In this document: positions 20,639-29,226 of the stretch, one piece after another | Numbering within the stretch: position 1 is the first letter of the stretch | How the letters are laid out: the number at the start of each line of letters is the position of its first letter | Assembly: GCA_963735805.1 (NCBI GenBank) | Contig: CAVTMK010000002.1 | Location: 1,472,001-1,536,000 of the forward strand | Direction of reading: 5' to 3' | Length of the DNA stretch: 64,000 nucleotides | Origin: an uncultured Verrucomicrobiae bacterium | GTDB taxonomy: Bacteria; Verrucomicrobiota; Verrucomicrobiia; Chthoniobacterales; UBA10450 | Position numbers and translations under genes: made by a program | Notes under the pieces: model-generated | Databases searched by the model: none | Seen by the model: the letters and a program-made list of their open reading frames with translations, nothing else | What the model was told of the DNA's origin: nothing

Positions 20639-21382
20639 TTACAAACGCACAGGCGCCGCGTCTTTGGCCGGGATCCAGCCGCGCAAGTCGTTCGGGAGCG
20701 CTGCGTAAATCCAATCGCCGCGAGTGCTCAGAATTTTGATTTCACTCCCAGGAGGCAATGCCAGCACGCTGTTCGCAGTGTCCGCGGTAGCAAGACGCGC
20801 CTGGACGTCCTTGCCCGTTACGATGGCGAGAGAATCGCCGTTGTTCCCGTACTCCAGCGCATACACCGCATAAATCGAAGCAGCGCAGAGAATCAGGCAC
20901 AAGATCAGCACGGCAATCGCTGCAACCGATCTCCGACGCGCGAAGATCAAGGTGGCGATCACAAAAATCGCGAGCCAAAAACCGATGGCCGCCACGATGC
21001 TGTACTGGTTGGCGCTCGCAAATTGGAGGTAGCGCTCCGGTCGACTTTGTGGCAACTCCAGCGCACGCGCCTCATCTCGAGCGATCTGCAAATTGGCGGC
21101 TGCTTCCGGATGATGTCGCTCTAACGCCAACGCCCTCTCATAATTCAAAATGGCACCCCCAAAATCCCCGGTTCGAAAATAAGCGTTGCCGAGATCGTAA
21201 AACAAATTTGCACTCCATTGTCCTGCGCGAACAAGTGTCTCATATCCTGAGATCGCTTCCTTGAAGTGGCCCTGTGCGTAGTCCTGATTTGCCTTTGCGA
21301 AGTCTGTGTCTGTTTGCGCAACCAATGACGCAGGCCAGATGGCGCATAAAAGAATTGCAAAGAACCAAACGGGACGTTTCAT
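20639..21382 (-). CDS. batE: BatE-like TPR / SH3-like membrane protein
   Basis: Signal peptide, TPR (YDLGNAYFR...AILNYERAL), two TMs, SH3b-like tail ending GWIP; last gene of the bat operon. Confidence 0.8.
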   Translation of the reverse strand: MKRPVWFFAILLCAIWPASLVAQTDTDFAKANQDYAQGHFKEAISGYETLVRAGQWSANLFYDLGNAYFRTGDFGGAILNYERALALERHHPEAAANLQIARDEARALELPQSRPERYLQFASANQYSIVAAIGFWLAIFVIATLIFARRRSVAAIAVLILCLILCAASIYAVYALEYGNNGDSLAIVTGKDVQARLATADTANSVLALPPGSEIKILSTRGDWIYAALPNDLRGWIPAKDAAPVRL

Positions 21383-23256
21383 CGTAAATTCTCAATCAAT
21401 TCCAGCACGTCCCGGCGGTTTTCCGGAGAGATTCTTCCGGGTCCATTATGCGCTCCGCTGTATTGCCATTCGTCGCTTTGCTCGAATAGCTTCCGGAGCT
21501 GGTCGCGCGAATCGTTGCTGAGCTTGAAAGTCTCGGCTGCAGTTTCCGCATCGACCATGTTTGGATCGATCTGGCGACCGCCCGATGCCAACGCCGCTTT
21601 TATGCGAACCATTCTGGATGCTTCGGCATAATATTCTCGCGGCGAAGCGTCGTTACGATGCAATTTGTGCATTAACTCGGATGCCTCGTGTTGCAACGCG
21701 ACAACGCGCTGCGCCTCGCGATTGTCGATCCTTGCCCGCCGAATTTTCCAACCTGCGAATCCGACCAAAACAAGCAATGGGATCAATTGCGCCATCCAGA
21801 AAAAGCGCTGGGTGTAAATCGGAGCAAATGATTCCGCTGCCTTCGGGCGCTCCGTCAATTGATAAAGAATATCCTGAGGCTTCGCTTCGGCGGCCGTTGG
21901 CGTTCCCGTCCGCGCAGTAGCCGCGGGTGCAGGCGACGCGGCCTGCGCCCCGGCGACGCTGGGGGCTGCGCCGCCCTGGACGCTGATCGAAATCGGCTCA
22001 CTCTGCATCGTCACATATTGCTCTTTGACTGGATCGAAATAGGAAAATGCCAGCAATGGCAGAGTTTGCTTTTTCTCATTAGGCGAAAGCACCATTTCGA
22101 AAGTCTTAGTGCCACTGATTCCCACTTCGTCGTCCTGTTTGAATTTCGATGACGGCGGATATTTATGCCAGCCACGGTCGTCTTCAACTACTGGCGCGTT
22201 GACACGATCGAAATTTCCGCGCCCCGAAATGGTGGTTGTGACGGTGATGGGGTCGCCCACTTGCACGGTCTTGGGCTTCGCTTCGGTCGTCATTGTGAAA
22301 TTTCCAATTGCACCCGAGAAACTGGGCGGTGCATTTGGCGGCAACGTTTTCACTTCAAGCGCTACGGGTTCGCTCTTGATTTCCACGTTGCGGCGCTCGG
22401 CAAGTTGGCTGAACGGATTGGAGAAGAACGGATCGGAGAATGGATCATCTTCATCGAACAGATCGAAAGGAGAACGCGGTCGCGACTGCGGCGCGCTCGG
22501 TCTTCGTGGTAGTATCACTTGTGCCTTCGCTTTGACCGGTCCGATTTCAAACTTTCCAGCGCGCGCTGCAGCGATTGCCGTCTTATAAGTAACCACCTCG
22601 TAAGGTCGGCCGCCGATCGTTTCCGTGTTTTGGCCGGATTCCTGCAATTTCTGTGCAGTAAACCCCTGTCCGGTGATTTCCGGAGGCTCAATGAGTCGGG
22701 GACGAACCCGCGGGTCAAAGCCCATTCGAATCTGAACGGGAATGATCTGGCCCACGTAGGCGGTCTTGCTCGGTACGATCAATTCCGCAAAAACCGGATT
22801 GTTTGCGTTGTTCGCTTGCGCGTTACGACCAGGCCGCGCACCAGAGGAGGCAGGCGGCCGGCCGGCCGGGCGACCAGACGAATCCGCAACGTTTAATGTC
22901 AGAGCCGGTGTACGCAGAGAATTGCCGCCGACGCGAATTGTTTGAGGTGGGATGGTAAACGATCCCGCTCTCAGAGGCATGATGGTGTAGTCGTAGATTA
23001 CGCTTGTGGTTAAACTCAGATTGTTCATCTCGATCCGCTGTGAACTTCCGGTTCGGCGGATTTCGAGACCGTCTACCGCGATCTGTTCCGGTGCGTCCGC
23101 GCCCCGTGCCCCCGTGATACGAATCTCCAATTGCACCGTTTCGCCTACTGTTGCCTCAGAGCTATTCAACACCGCTGTCACACTTGGTGAATCGGCATGC
23201 GCGAACTGCGCACTCGCGATAACACCGATGACAACAAATAACCTCCGATAGTGCAT
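21379..23256 (-). CDS. batD: BatD family protein
   Basis: Signal peptide, Ig-like repeats, FSGAIGNF, FSYFDP, C-terminal TM; operon position. Confidence 0.85.
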   Translation of the reverse strand: MHYRRLFVVIGVIASAQFAHADSPSVTAVLNSSEATVGETVQLEIRITGARGADAPEQIAVDGLEIRRTGSSQRIEMNNLSLTTSVIYDYTIMPLRAGSFTIPPQTIRVGGNSLRTPALTLNVADSSGRPAGRPPASSGARPGRNAQANNANNPVFAELIVPSKTAYVGQIIPVQIRMGFDPRVRPRLIEPPEITGQGFTAQKLQESGQNTETIGGRPYEVVTYKTAIAAARAGKFEIGPVKAKAQVILPRRPSAPQSRPRSPFDLFDEDDPFSDPFFSNPFSQLAERRNVEIKSEPVALEVKTLPPNAPPSFSGAIGNFTMTTEAKPKTVQVGDPITVTTTISGRGNFDRVNAPVVEDDRGWHKYPPSSKFKQDDEVGISGTKTFEMVLSPNEKKQTLPLLAFSYFDPVKEQYVTMQSEPISISVQGGAAPSVAGAQAASPAPAATARTGTPTAAEAKPQDILYQLTERPKAAESFAPIYTQRFFWMAQLIPLLVLVGFAGWKIRRARIDNREAQRVVALQHEASELMHKLHRNDASPREYYAEASRMVRIKAALASGGRQIDPNMVDAETAAETFKLSNDSRDQLRKLFEQSDEWQYSGAHNGPGRISPENRRDVLELIENLR

Positions 23257-23299
23257 GCGCGTTTCTATCAACTCTTAACCATCGATCCCATGGGGTCTC

Positions 23300-25534
23300 T
23301 TACCAGTCCTTATAGACATGGCGCGTTGCCCTGCGTTCATCAAGTTGAACTCGCGCCTCCTCGTCTTTCATGGATTCCAGAAGCGCCTCTGCCTGGCGTT
23401 CGCTCATCTGGCCCTCTTTTTCCGGTTCACCTTCGGCAAGCTGACCATTCTTGTCAGGTGGCTTGCCTGATTTGTTTTCGCCGGCTGCACCCTTTACCTG
23501 ACCGGCAAATTTCTTTTGTGGCGATTCCGCAGGGGTCGCAGAAGGCGTGGCGTTTTCGCCTTCACCTTCTCCTGGTGATGGTGACGGCGTTCCGTTTTCT
23601 CCTTCGCCAGGGGTGGGCGATTGTTCGCCTTGGCGTTCACCTGGCGATGGTGAGGCCTGGTTGCCCTTTTGCTCGCCTGGCGAAGGGGAAGGGCTCTCAC
23701 CGGATCGTTGCTGCCGGTCTTTTTGCGGTTCGTTCTTTGCCTGAGACTGGTTGTCCTTTTCCTGTTGCTTATCTTTCTGGTCTCCGGACTTGCCTTGTGA
23801 TTGTTGATTCTGCGATTGCTGCTGGTTCTTTTTTTGTTGCTCGCTCTGGCCTTGTTGCTGTTGTTGTTGCTGCTGGTTTTTCTGTTGTTGCTGCTGTTGC
23901 TGCTGCTGCTGTTGCTGGTCTTGCTGCTGATTCTGTTTGTTCTGTTTGTTCTGTTTGTCCTGGTTGTTCTTTTGCTGTGGTGACGGGGAAGGAGAGGGCT
24001 GCTGCGGTTGTTTCTTATTTTTTAGTTCTTCGATTTTCCTCTTAACGTAGTCGTAGTTCTCTTTCGCCTCTTTGTTTTGCGGATCGAGCTTGAGGGTCTG
24101 GTCGTAGTGATCGAGTGCATTTGTCCAGTCGCTAAGCTTTTTATCGTCGCTCTTTTGTGCTTCGCCGCGCTGATAAAGTGTATTGCCCAGATTGTAATGC
24201 CCCTTGCTTTGCAGACCCGTATCCGGCGAGAGCAGTGCCTGGCTAAACGATTCCAGTGCTTTGCTGTAATCTTTCAATTTGTAAGCGGCGGCGCCTGAAT
24301 CGAACTGAAGCTTGTCTTCGGCCCGCGATTCCGGGTGCGATTTTAACGTCTGTTGAAACTGGCTGTAGGCGTCCTCGAATTTTCCGGTGCGATATGCGTC
24401 GAGGCCGGGAGCGGTGGCGAACGCGGATGAAGAAAAGAGTATCGCAAGAAGGGCGACCGCAACTGCGATCCTCGCTTGCCCACCTGCTACGGGGCGCATA
24501 TCGGTGACAGACGCCGCAGCGTCGGCTCGCTGTCTAGCCCGTTTTCGTTCAGGAATAAGGATAGACAAGGCGAGAGCGATTAACGCCGCGCCGAGAGACC
24601 ATTCGTAACGTTCAATCGGTCGACGCGATAAACGCACATCCATTTCCGCAGCCTGCATTTTCGCCAATCCTTCAGTCTGAATTTGCTGCATCGTGCGAGG
24701 TCCGTTTTCCAAATGAAGATAAAATCCCCCCGTAGCCTGAGCGATTTCGCGCAACCGTTTATCGTCGAGCTTCGATTTAACCACCTGGCCGGATGAATCC
24801 TTAACAAAGCTGGTCTGACCATCATCGCCTGTCACCGGAATCAACGAACCCTGAGGTGTTCCAACACCCACTGTAAAAATTCGGACGCCAGCGTCAGCTG
24901 CTTCTTTTGCAGTTTTCACAGCGTCACCGCTTAATTCTTCGCCGTCGGTGAAGATGACCATCGCGCGATTTCCCATGGCACTTTTGCCGAAGCTCTGCGT
25001 GGCAAGAGTGATAGCGCTTGAGATATTAGTTCCGCCTTCAGGAATCGTCTTCGTATCCAGAGCGTTCAGTGCCTCAACCACAGCGTCGTAATCAATCGTA
25101 AGAGGCGCCTGCAAGAACGCGCGACCGGCAAATGCGATCAGACCAACACGATCGCCCTGTAACTGGTCAATCAAGTCCTGGATGGCGAGCTTGACGCGAT
25201 CGAGCCGGTTCGGTTGAACGTCATTGGATAGCATGCTGCGCGATGTGTCCACCGCGATCAACAAATCGAGGCCCTTGCGTTTTACGTCTTCAAACGTGTA
25301 GCCCCAGCGCGGCTGGGCCAGACTGACAATGGCCAAAGCAAGGCCGAGCAGCTGCAAAGCAAATCTTAGGATACGTCGAGGACGATTCACTGTTCCGGCA
25401 AGCTGCGGAAGCAAGCGCGCTGAAACGAATTCCTGCAATCGCTTAAGCCCGCGCTGCTCTGAACGAACAAACAACGCGATCAGAAGCGGGATCAGAATCA
25501 ATCCCCAAAGCCATTGTGGCGCGCCGAAGCTCAT
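23300..25534 (-). CDS. BatB-BatC fusion (VWA + TPR + Gln-rich tail)
   Basis: MIDAS DTSRSM, PLTIDY, FTDGE; TPR YNLGNTLY; poly-Q linker; ends KDW. Confidence 0.88.
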   Translation of the reverse strand: MSFGAPQWLWGLILIPLLIALFVRSEQRGLKRLQEFVSARLLPQLAGTVNRPRRILRFALQLLGLALAIVSLAQPRWGYTFEDVKRKGLDLLIAVDTSRSMLSNDVQPNRLDRVKLAIQDLIDQLQGDRVGLIAFAGRAFLQAPLTIDYDAVVEALNALDTKTIPEGGTNISSAITLATQSFGKSAMGNRAMVIFTDGEELSGDAVKTAKEAADAGVRIFTVGVGTPQGSLIPVTGDDGQTSFVKDSSGQVVKSKLDDKRLREIAQATGGFYLHLENGPRTMQQIQTEGLAKMQAAEMDVRLSRRPIERYEWSLGAALIALALSILIPERKRARQRADAAASVTDMRPVAGGQARIAVAVALLAILFSSSAFATAPGLDAYRTGKFEDAYSQFQQTLKSHPESRAEDKLQFDSGAAAYKLKDYSKALESFSQALLSPDTGLQSKGHYNLGNTLYQRGEAQKSDDKKLSDWTNALDHYDQTLKLDPQNKEAKENYDYVKRKIEELKNKKQPQQPSPSPSPQQKNNQDKQNKQNKQNQQQDQQQQQQQQQQQQKNQQQQQQQQGQSEQQKKNQQQSQNQQSQGKSGDQKDKQQEKDNQSQAKNEPQKDRQQRSGESPSPSPGEQKGNQASPSPGERQGEQSPTPGEGENGTPSPSPGEGEGENATPSATPAESPQKKFAGQVKGAAGENKSGKPPDKNGQLAEGEPEKEGQMSERQAEALLESMKDEEARVQLDERRATRHVYKDW
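23800..24010 (-). repeat. Coding poly-Gln low-complexity tract in BatB/C
   Basis: CAG/CAA runs including Q12 at about 23882-23917. Confidence 0.85.
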
Positions 25535-25583
25535 AGTCGATTTCGTTGACGCTCTGAAGCGCTAAAGCGTTGAAGAGGAGTGT

Positions 25584-26630
25584 TCACGGCAGTTTTTTCC
25601 AGATAGTTTGCGACAACAAGATTTGCGCCAACAACAGACCGCAGCCGCCCATAAGACATAACGGAAATAGATCGCGGTATTGTTGATATTTTTTCACGCT
25701 AACTGTCGATTTCTCCAGTTTATCTATGTCCTTGTAAATTTGCTCCAGCGATTCGGTGTCGGTCGCGCGGAAGAATTTGCCATCTGCAATTTTGGCAACG
25801 TCCCTGAGGCCGGTTTCGTTAAACTCCACAGGCTGGTTTTCATACACAATATTGCCCAATGCGTCCGTTAACGGTCCTCTGGCCGTGAATACAGGAGCCG
25901 GAGCGATTCCATTGATGCCCGCACCGATCGCATAGAGGTGAATCTTTAACGCCTTGATTGCTTCGGCCGCAGTACTTGGCGGAATTTTGCCGGCATTGTT
26001 TTCTCCGTCAGTTAACAGGACCAGCACATGACTCTTTGAACGCTTGTCATTTAGCCGGTTGGCCGCTGCAGCCATAGCCGATCCAATAGCCGTGCCATCC
26101 TCGACAAGACCGATCCGAACACGGTCCAGGTTTTGCAAAAGCCAGTCATGGTCCAATGTCATCGGACTAACCACATAGGGACGACCTGCGAATGCGATGA
26201 TGCCGATGCGATCGTTCGGCCGGCCCTCGATAAATTTGCGCGTAACTTCGCGGATCGCGTCGACGCGCGTCGCTTCCTGTCCACCGATTGTAAAATCCTT
26301 GGTCAGCATCGATCCGGAGACATCCAGCGCGAGGATAATGTCGATCCCGCTGGCTTCGATTTGAGTCAGGCTCTTGCCGAGTTGCGGACGCGCGAGCGCA
26401 ACCACGAAAACCGCAATTGAAGCCAGCAGTAGCGATCGCAGGAGTTTTCCCGCACGCGCCGCGCTTTGCTTTCCAATCGCTCGAATGCTCGCGGTGGATG
26501 AAAAAGTAAGCGCAGCGGCTGGTCCTCGTTTGCCGCGCAAATAGGCAAGCAACGGAACTGCCAGGAGCAACAGGAGCAGCCAAGGATGAGCGAAGGTCAG
26601 TGCGCTGTTTCCTGTGAACCAATCAAACAC
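25584..26630 (-). CDS. batA: BatA VWA-domain protein
   Basis: FAHPW, ALARPQ, DVSGSM, GTAIG, LTDGENNAG. Confidence 0.9.
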   Translation of the reverse strand: MFDWFTGNSALTFAHPWLLLLLLAVPLLAYLRGKRGPAAALTFSSTASIRAIGKQSAARAGKLLRSLLLASIAVFVVALARPQLGKSLTQIEASGIDIILALDVSGSMLTKDFTIGGQEATRVDAIREVTRKFIEGRPNDRIGIIAFAGRPYVVSPMTLDHDWLLQNLDRVRIGLVEDGTAIGSAMAAAANRLNDKRSKSHVLVLLTDGENNAGKIPPSTAAEAIKALKIHLYAIGAGINGIAPAPVFTARGPLTDALGNIVYENQPVEFNETGLRDVAKIADGKFFRATDTESLEQIYKDIDKLEKSTVSVKKYQQYRDLFPLCLMGGCGLLLAQILLSQTIWKKLP

Positions 26631-27124
26631 GGTTGACCTCCTTTCACAAAACGAATCGCTTCCTCCAGTAACAATTCGCTATCCGAAGTGGTGGCTTCGT
26701 ACCGCGCGAACTTAATCAGGTCGCAGCGGTTCAAGAAATCTTCGAGGAGGGACTTTTCGTCTTCCGAGAACGGCGACGAACCTCTAAGCGCATTTAGAAA
26801 CTCGACGGAGGTCTGTCGCGTGACCGGCAACCCGAACTGTTCCGTCACATAACGCCTGAGAATATCCGACACACGAATGCTGAAACGATAGGGATTGATT
26901 GTATCAATCTGCGCCCGTATTTGCTCGAGCAACGAAAGCGCGCGCTCACGCGGCAGTTGGGGCGGTGTCGGGCGCCGGAGAGATTTTGCAATAAACCACA
27001 CGATCAGACCGATCACCGCGAGTGCAATAAATACTCCCACAAAGATCAGCCACGGGGGGATCAGCGAATAATCTATCGGCGGCGCGATATCGTGGAACTC
27101 CTCAGCCAGCAGCAGTGGAGTCAT
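26597..27124 (-). CDS. DUF4381-like membrane protein of the bat operon
   Basis: FHDIAPP, one TM, ILRRY, QTSVEFL, DLIKFA. Confidence 0.75.
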   Translation of the reverse strand: MTPLLLAEEFHDIAPPIDYSLIPPWLIFVGVFIALAVIGLIVWFIAKSLRRPTPPQLPRERALSLLEQIRAQIDTINPYRFSIRVSDILRRYVTEQFGLPVTRQTSVEFLNALRGSSPFSEDEKSLLEDFLNRCDLIKFARYEATTSDSELLLEEAIRFVKGGQPCLIGSQETAH

Positions 27125-27188
27125 GGAGTTGTGGAACAATGGAACCGATGCCGGCAAATTCATATCATCACTCCATTACCTCGCCGCC

Positions 27189-28073
27189 TTATCGAACACC
27201 GAGTCGACGCTCGCGTTGTTTGAAAAAGGAGCGCAACTGCGGCAGGTAGTCTTTGCCGGTTTGCAGCGCGATCGCGTCGACGTTGTTCCGGCGAAGCATG
27301 CGTGCAAGGTCGTGCTCGCGCTCGTCGACGAGGCTGCTGAAACGTGCTCGCGTGTTGCGGTCGGCCGTGTTGATTTCAATTTGTTCGCCGGTCTCGGCAT
27401 CCTCCAGGGTGATAATGCCTATGTTTGGCAACACCTTTTCTCGTTCATCATGAATGTGAATCGCCACGAAATCATGCCGTCGCCCGCTCACAGCCAGAGC
27501 TCGCGAAAAATCGGGCGCTTGAAAATCAGAAATGAAGAAAACGACGGCGCGCCGGGTGACAATCTTGTTCAGATAATCGAGAGCCAGGGCTGGTTCTGTG
27601 CCGCTTCCTTTTGGTTCGAAAAACAGAATCTCGCGGATGAGTCGGAGTGTATGGGAACGCCCTTTTTTGGGAGGAATGAAAAGTTCAACGCGATCGGTAA
27701 AGAGGACCAGCCCGACCTTGTCATTGTTTCGGATCGCGCTGAATGCGAGCAAACACGCGACCTCCGCCGCCAGTTCGCGTTTCGATTGCGTTGTGCTGCC
27801 GAAATTTCCCGAGGCGCTGACATCCACAACCAGCATTACCGTTAGCTCGCGTTCCTCCGTAAATTTTTTCACAAACGCGTTGCCCATGCGCGCGGTGACA
27901 TTCCAGTCGATGGCTCGAATTTCGTCGCCCGGCTGGTATTCACGAACGTCTTCAAAGTTCATTCCGCGGCCTTTGAAGACGCTATGGTAATCGCCGGCAA
28001 ATGCGGTCTCGACGAGGCCCCTCGTTTTTATCTCGAGGGTTCTGATTTTTTTTAGAATCTCAGCGGGGTCCAC
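27189..28073 (-). CDS. DUF58 domain protein (MoxR-associated)
   Basis: FKGRGMNFEDVREYQPGDEIRAIDWNVTAR, DVSAS, ISDF. Confidence 0.92.
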   Translation of the reverse strand: MDPAEILKKIRTLEIKTRGLVETAFAGDYHSVFKGRGMNFEDVREYQPGDEIRAIDWNVTARMGNAFVKKFTEERELTVMLVVDVSASGNFGSTTQSKRELAAEVACLLAFSAIRNNDKVGLVLFTDRVELFIPPKKGRSHTLRLIREILFFEPKGSGTEPALALDYLNKIVTRRAVVFFISDFQAPDFSRALAVSGRRHDFVAIHIHDEREKVLPNIGIITLEDAETGEQIEINTADRNTRARFSSLVDEREHDLARMLRRNNVDAIALQTGKDYLPQLRSFFKQRERRLGVR

Positions 28074-28085
28074 GGATGATTTAGA

Positions 28086-29072
28086 TCAGGGGACCGGCAA
28101 TCCGGCGAAAATCCTCTCAATAATGGTTTCGCTGGTGACTGCTTCCGCTTCGGCTTCGTAGCTGACGATGATGCGATGCCGCAACACGTCAGCGCCGATA
28201 CTCTTTACGTCCTGCGGTGTGACGTAACCACGGCCGTTCAAAAACGCGTGGGCCCGGGCGCCGAGTGCAAGATAAATTGTGGCACGCGGTGAGGCGCCGT
28301 AACGAATCAACCCTTCCAGTCGCAGGTTGTACGTCGCCGGTTCGCGAGTCGCCCAAACAACGTCCACGATGTAGTCCTTTACGCGGTCATCGATGTAAAT
28401 GCTGTTGACCACCTCGCGCGCGGCGATGATTTGCTTGGGGTCAACCACCGGATCGACGCGTAAATCCGGCGTTGAAGTCGCCATCAGATCGAGAATGTTT
28501 CGTTCTTCGGACTTTTGCGGGTAGCCAATATTTAATTTGAACATGAAGCGGTCGAGCTGCGCTTCGGGTAGTTGATAAGTCCCTTCCTGTTCAATCGGAT
28601 TCTGGGTCGCCAAAACAAGAAATGGATCGGAGAGCGGGTAGGTTTGTTCGCCAATCGTTACTTGCCTCTCCTGCATCGCTTCCAGCAACGCGCTCTGCAC
28701 CTTTGCCGGTGCACGATTGATTTCGTCCGCCAGGATGAGATTCGAAAAAATCGGGCCAAGCTTGGTGGTAAATTCCCCCGTCCGCGGATTATAGATCAGC
28801 GTGCCGATCAGGTCTGCCGGCAAAAGGTCCGGCGTAAATTGCAATCTTTGAAAGCCTGTCTGTATACAAGAGGCCATAGTTTTTACGGTGAGCGTCTTGG
28901 CCAGGCCCGGGACGCCCTCGAGCAGGAGATGTCCGTTCGCGAGCAGCCCAAGTAGGAGCCGATCTACCAAATACTTCTGGCCTATCACAACGTGACCAAC
29001 TTGTTGGCGAAGCCCCGGAATCCATTGGCCCAGGTCCCGAACTTCCTGTGTAATCTCCTGCGTCGATTTCAT
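28086..29072 (-). CDS. moxR: MoxR family AAA+ ATPase
   Basis: GVPGLAKT, QFTPDLLPAD, DEINRA, ATQNPIEQEGTY, GASPRA. Confidence 0.95.
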   Translation of the reverse strand: MKSTQEITQEVRDLGQWIPGLRQQVGHVVIGQKYLVDRLLLGLLANGHLLLEGVPGLAKTLTVKTMASCIQTGFQRLQFTPDLLPADLIGTLIYNPRTGEFTTKLGPIFSNLILADEINRAPAKVQSALLEAMQERQVTIGEQTYPLSDPFLVLATQNPIEQEGTYQLPEAQLDRFMFKLNIGYPQKSEERNILDLMATSTPDLRVDPVVDPKQIIAAREVVNSIYIDDRVKDYIVDVVWATREPATYNLRLEGLIRYGASPRATIYLALGARAHAFLNGRGYVTPQDVKSIGADVLRHRIIVSYEAEAEAVTSETIIERIFAGLPVP

Positions 29073-29226
29073 ACGGACTCGTGAGACACGCAGGGCAGGG
29101 GGAATGTTCGATCAAACGTGCCGCAACCTGCTGACTTTCTGCTCATTTCGCTTACAAATCCAATCCTTCCTACTGGTCTGCTCGGAGGGAGCACACCGCC
29201 AGAATGATGCTAAACGTTAGATCACA

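Noticed and set aside
23251..24045. 264-aa plus-strand ORF and a poly-Leu ORF
   Set aside because: Antisense shadows of the Gln/Pro-rich BatB/C tail.
24470..24525. Possible decayed REP at the BatB-BatC fusion junction
   Set aside because: Too degenerate to show a convincing palindrome or foot.
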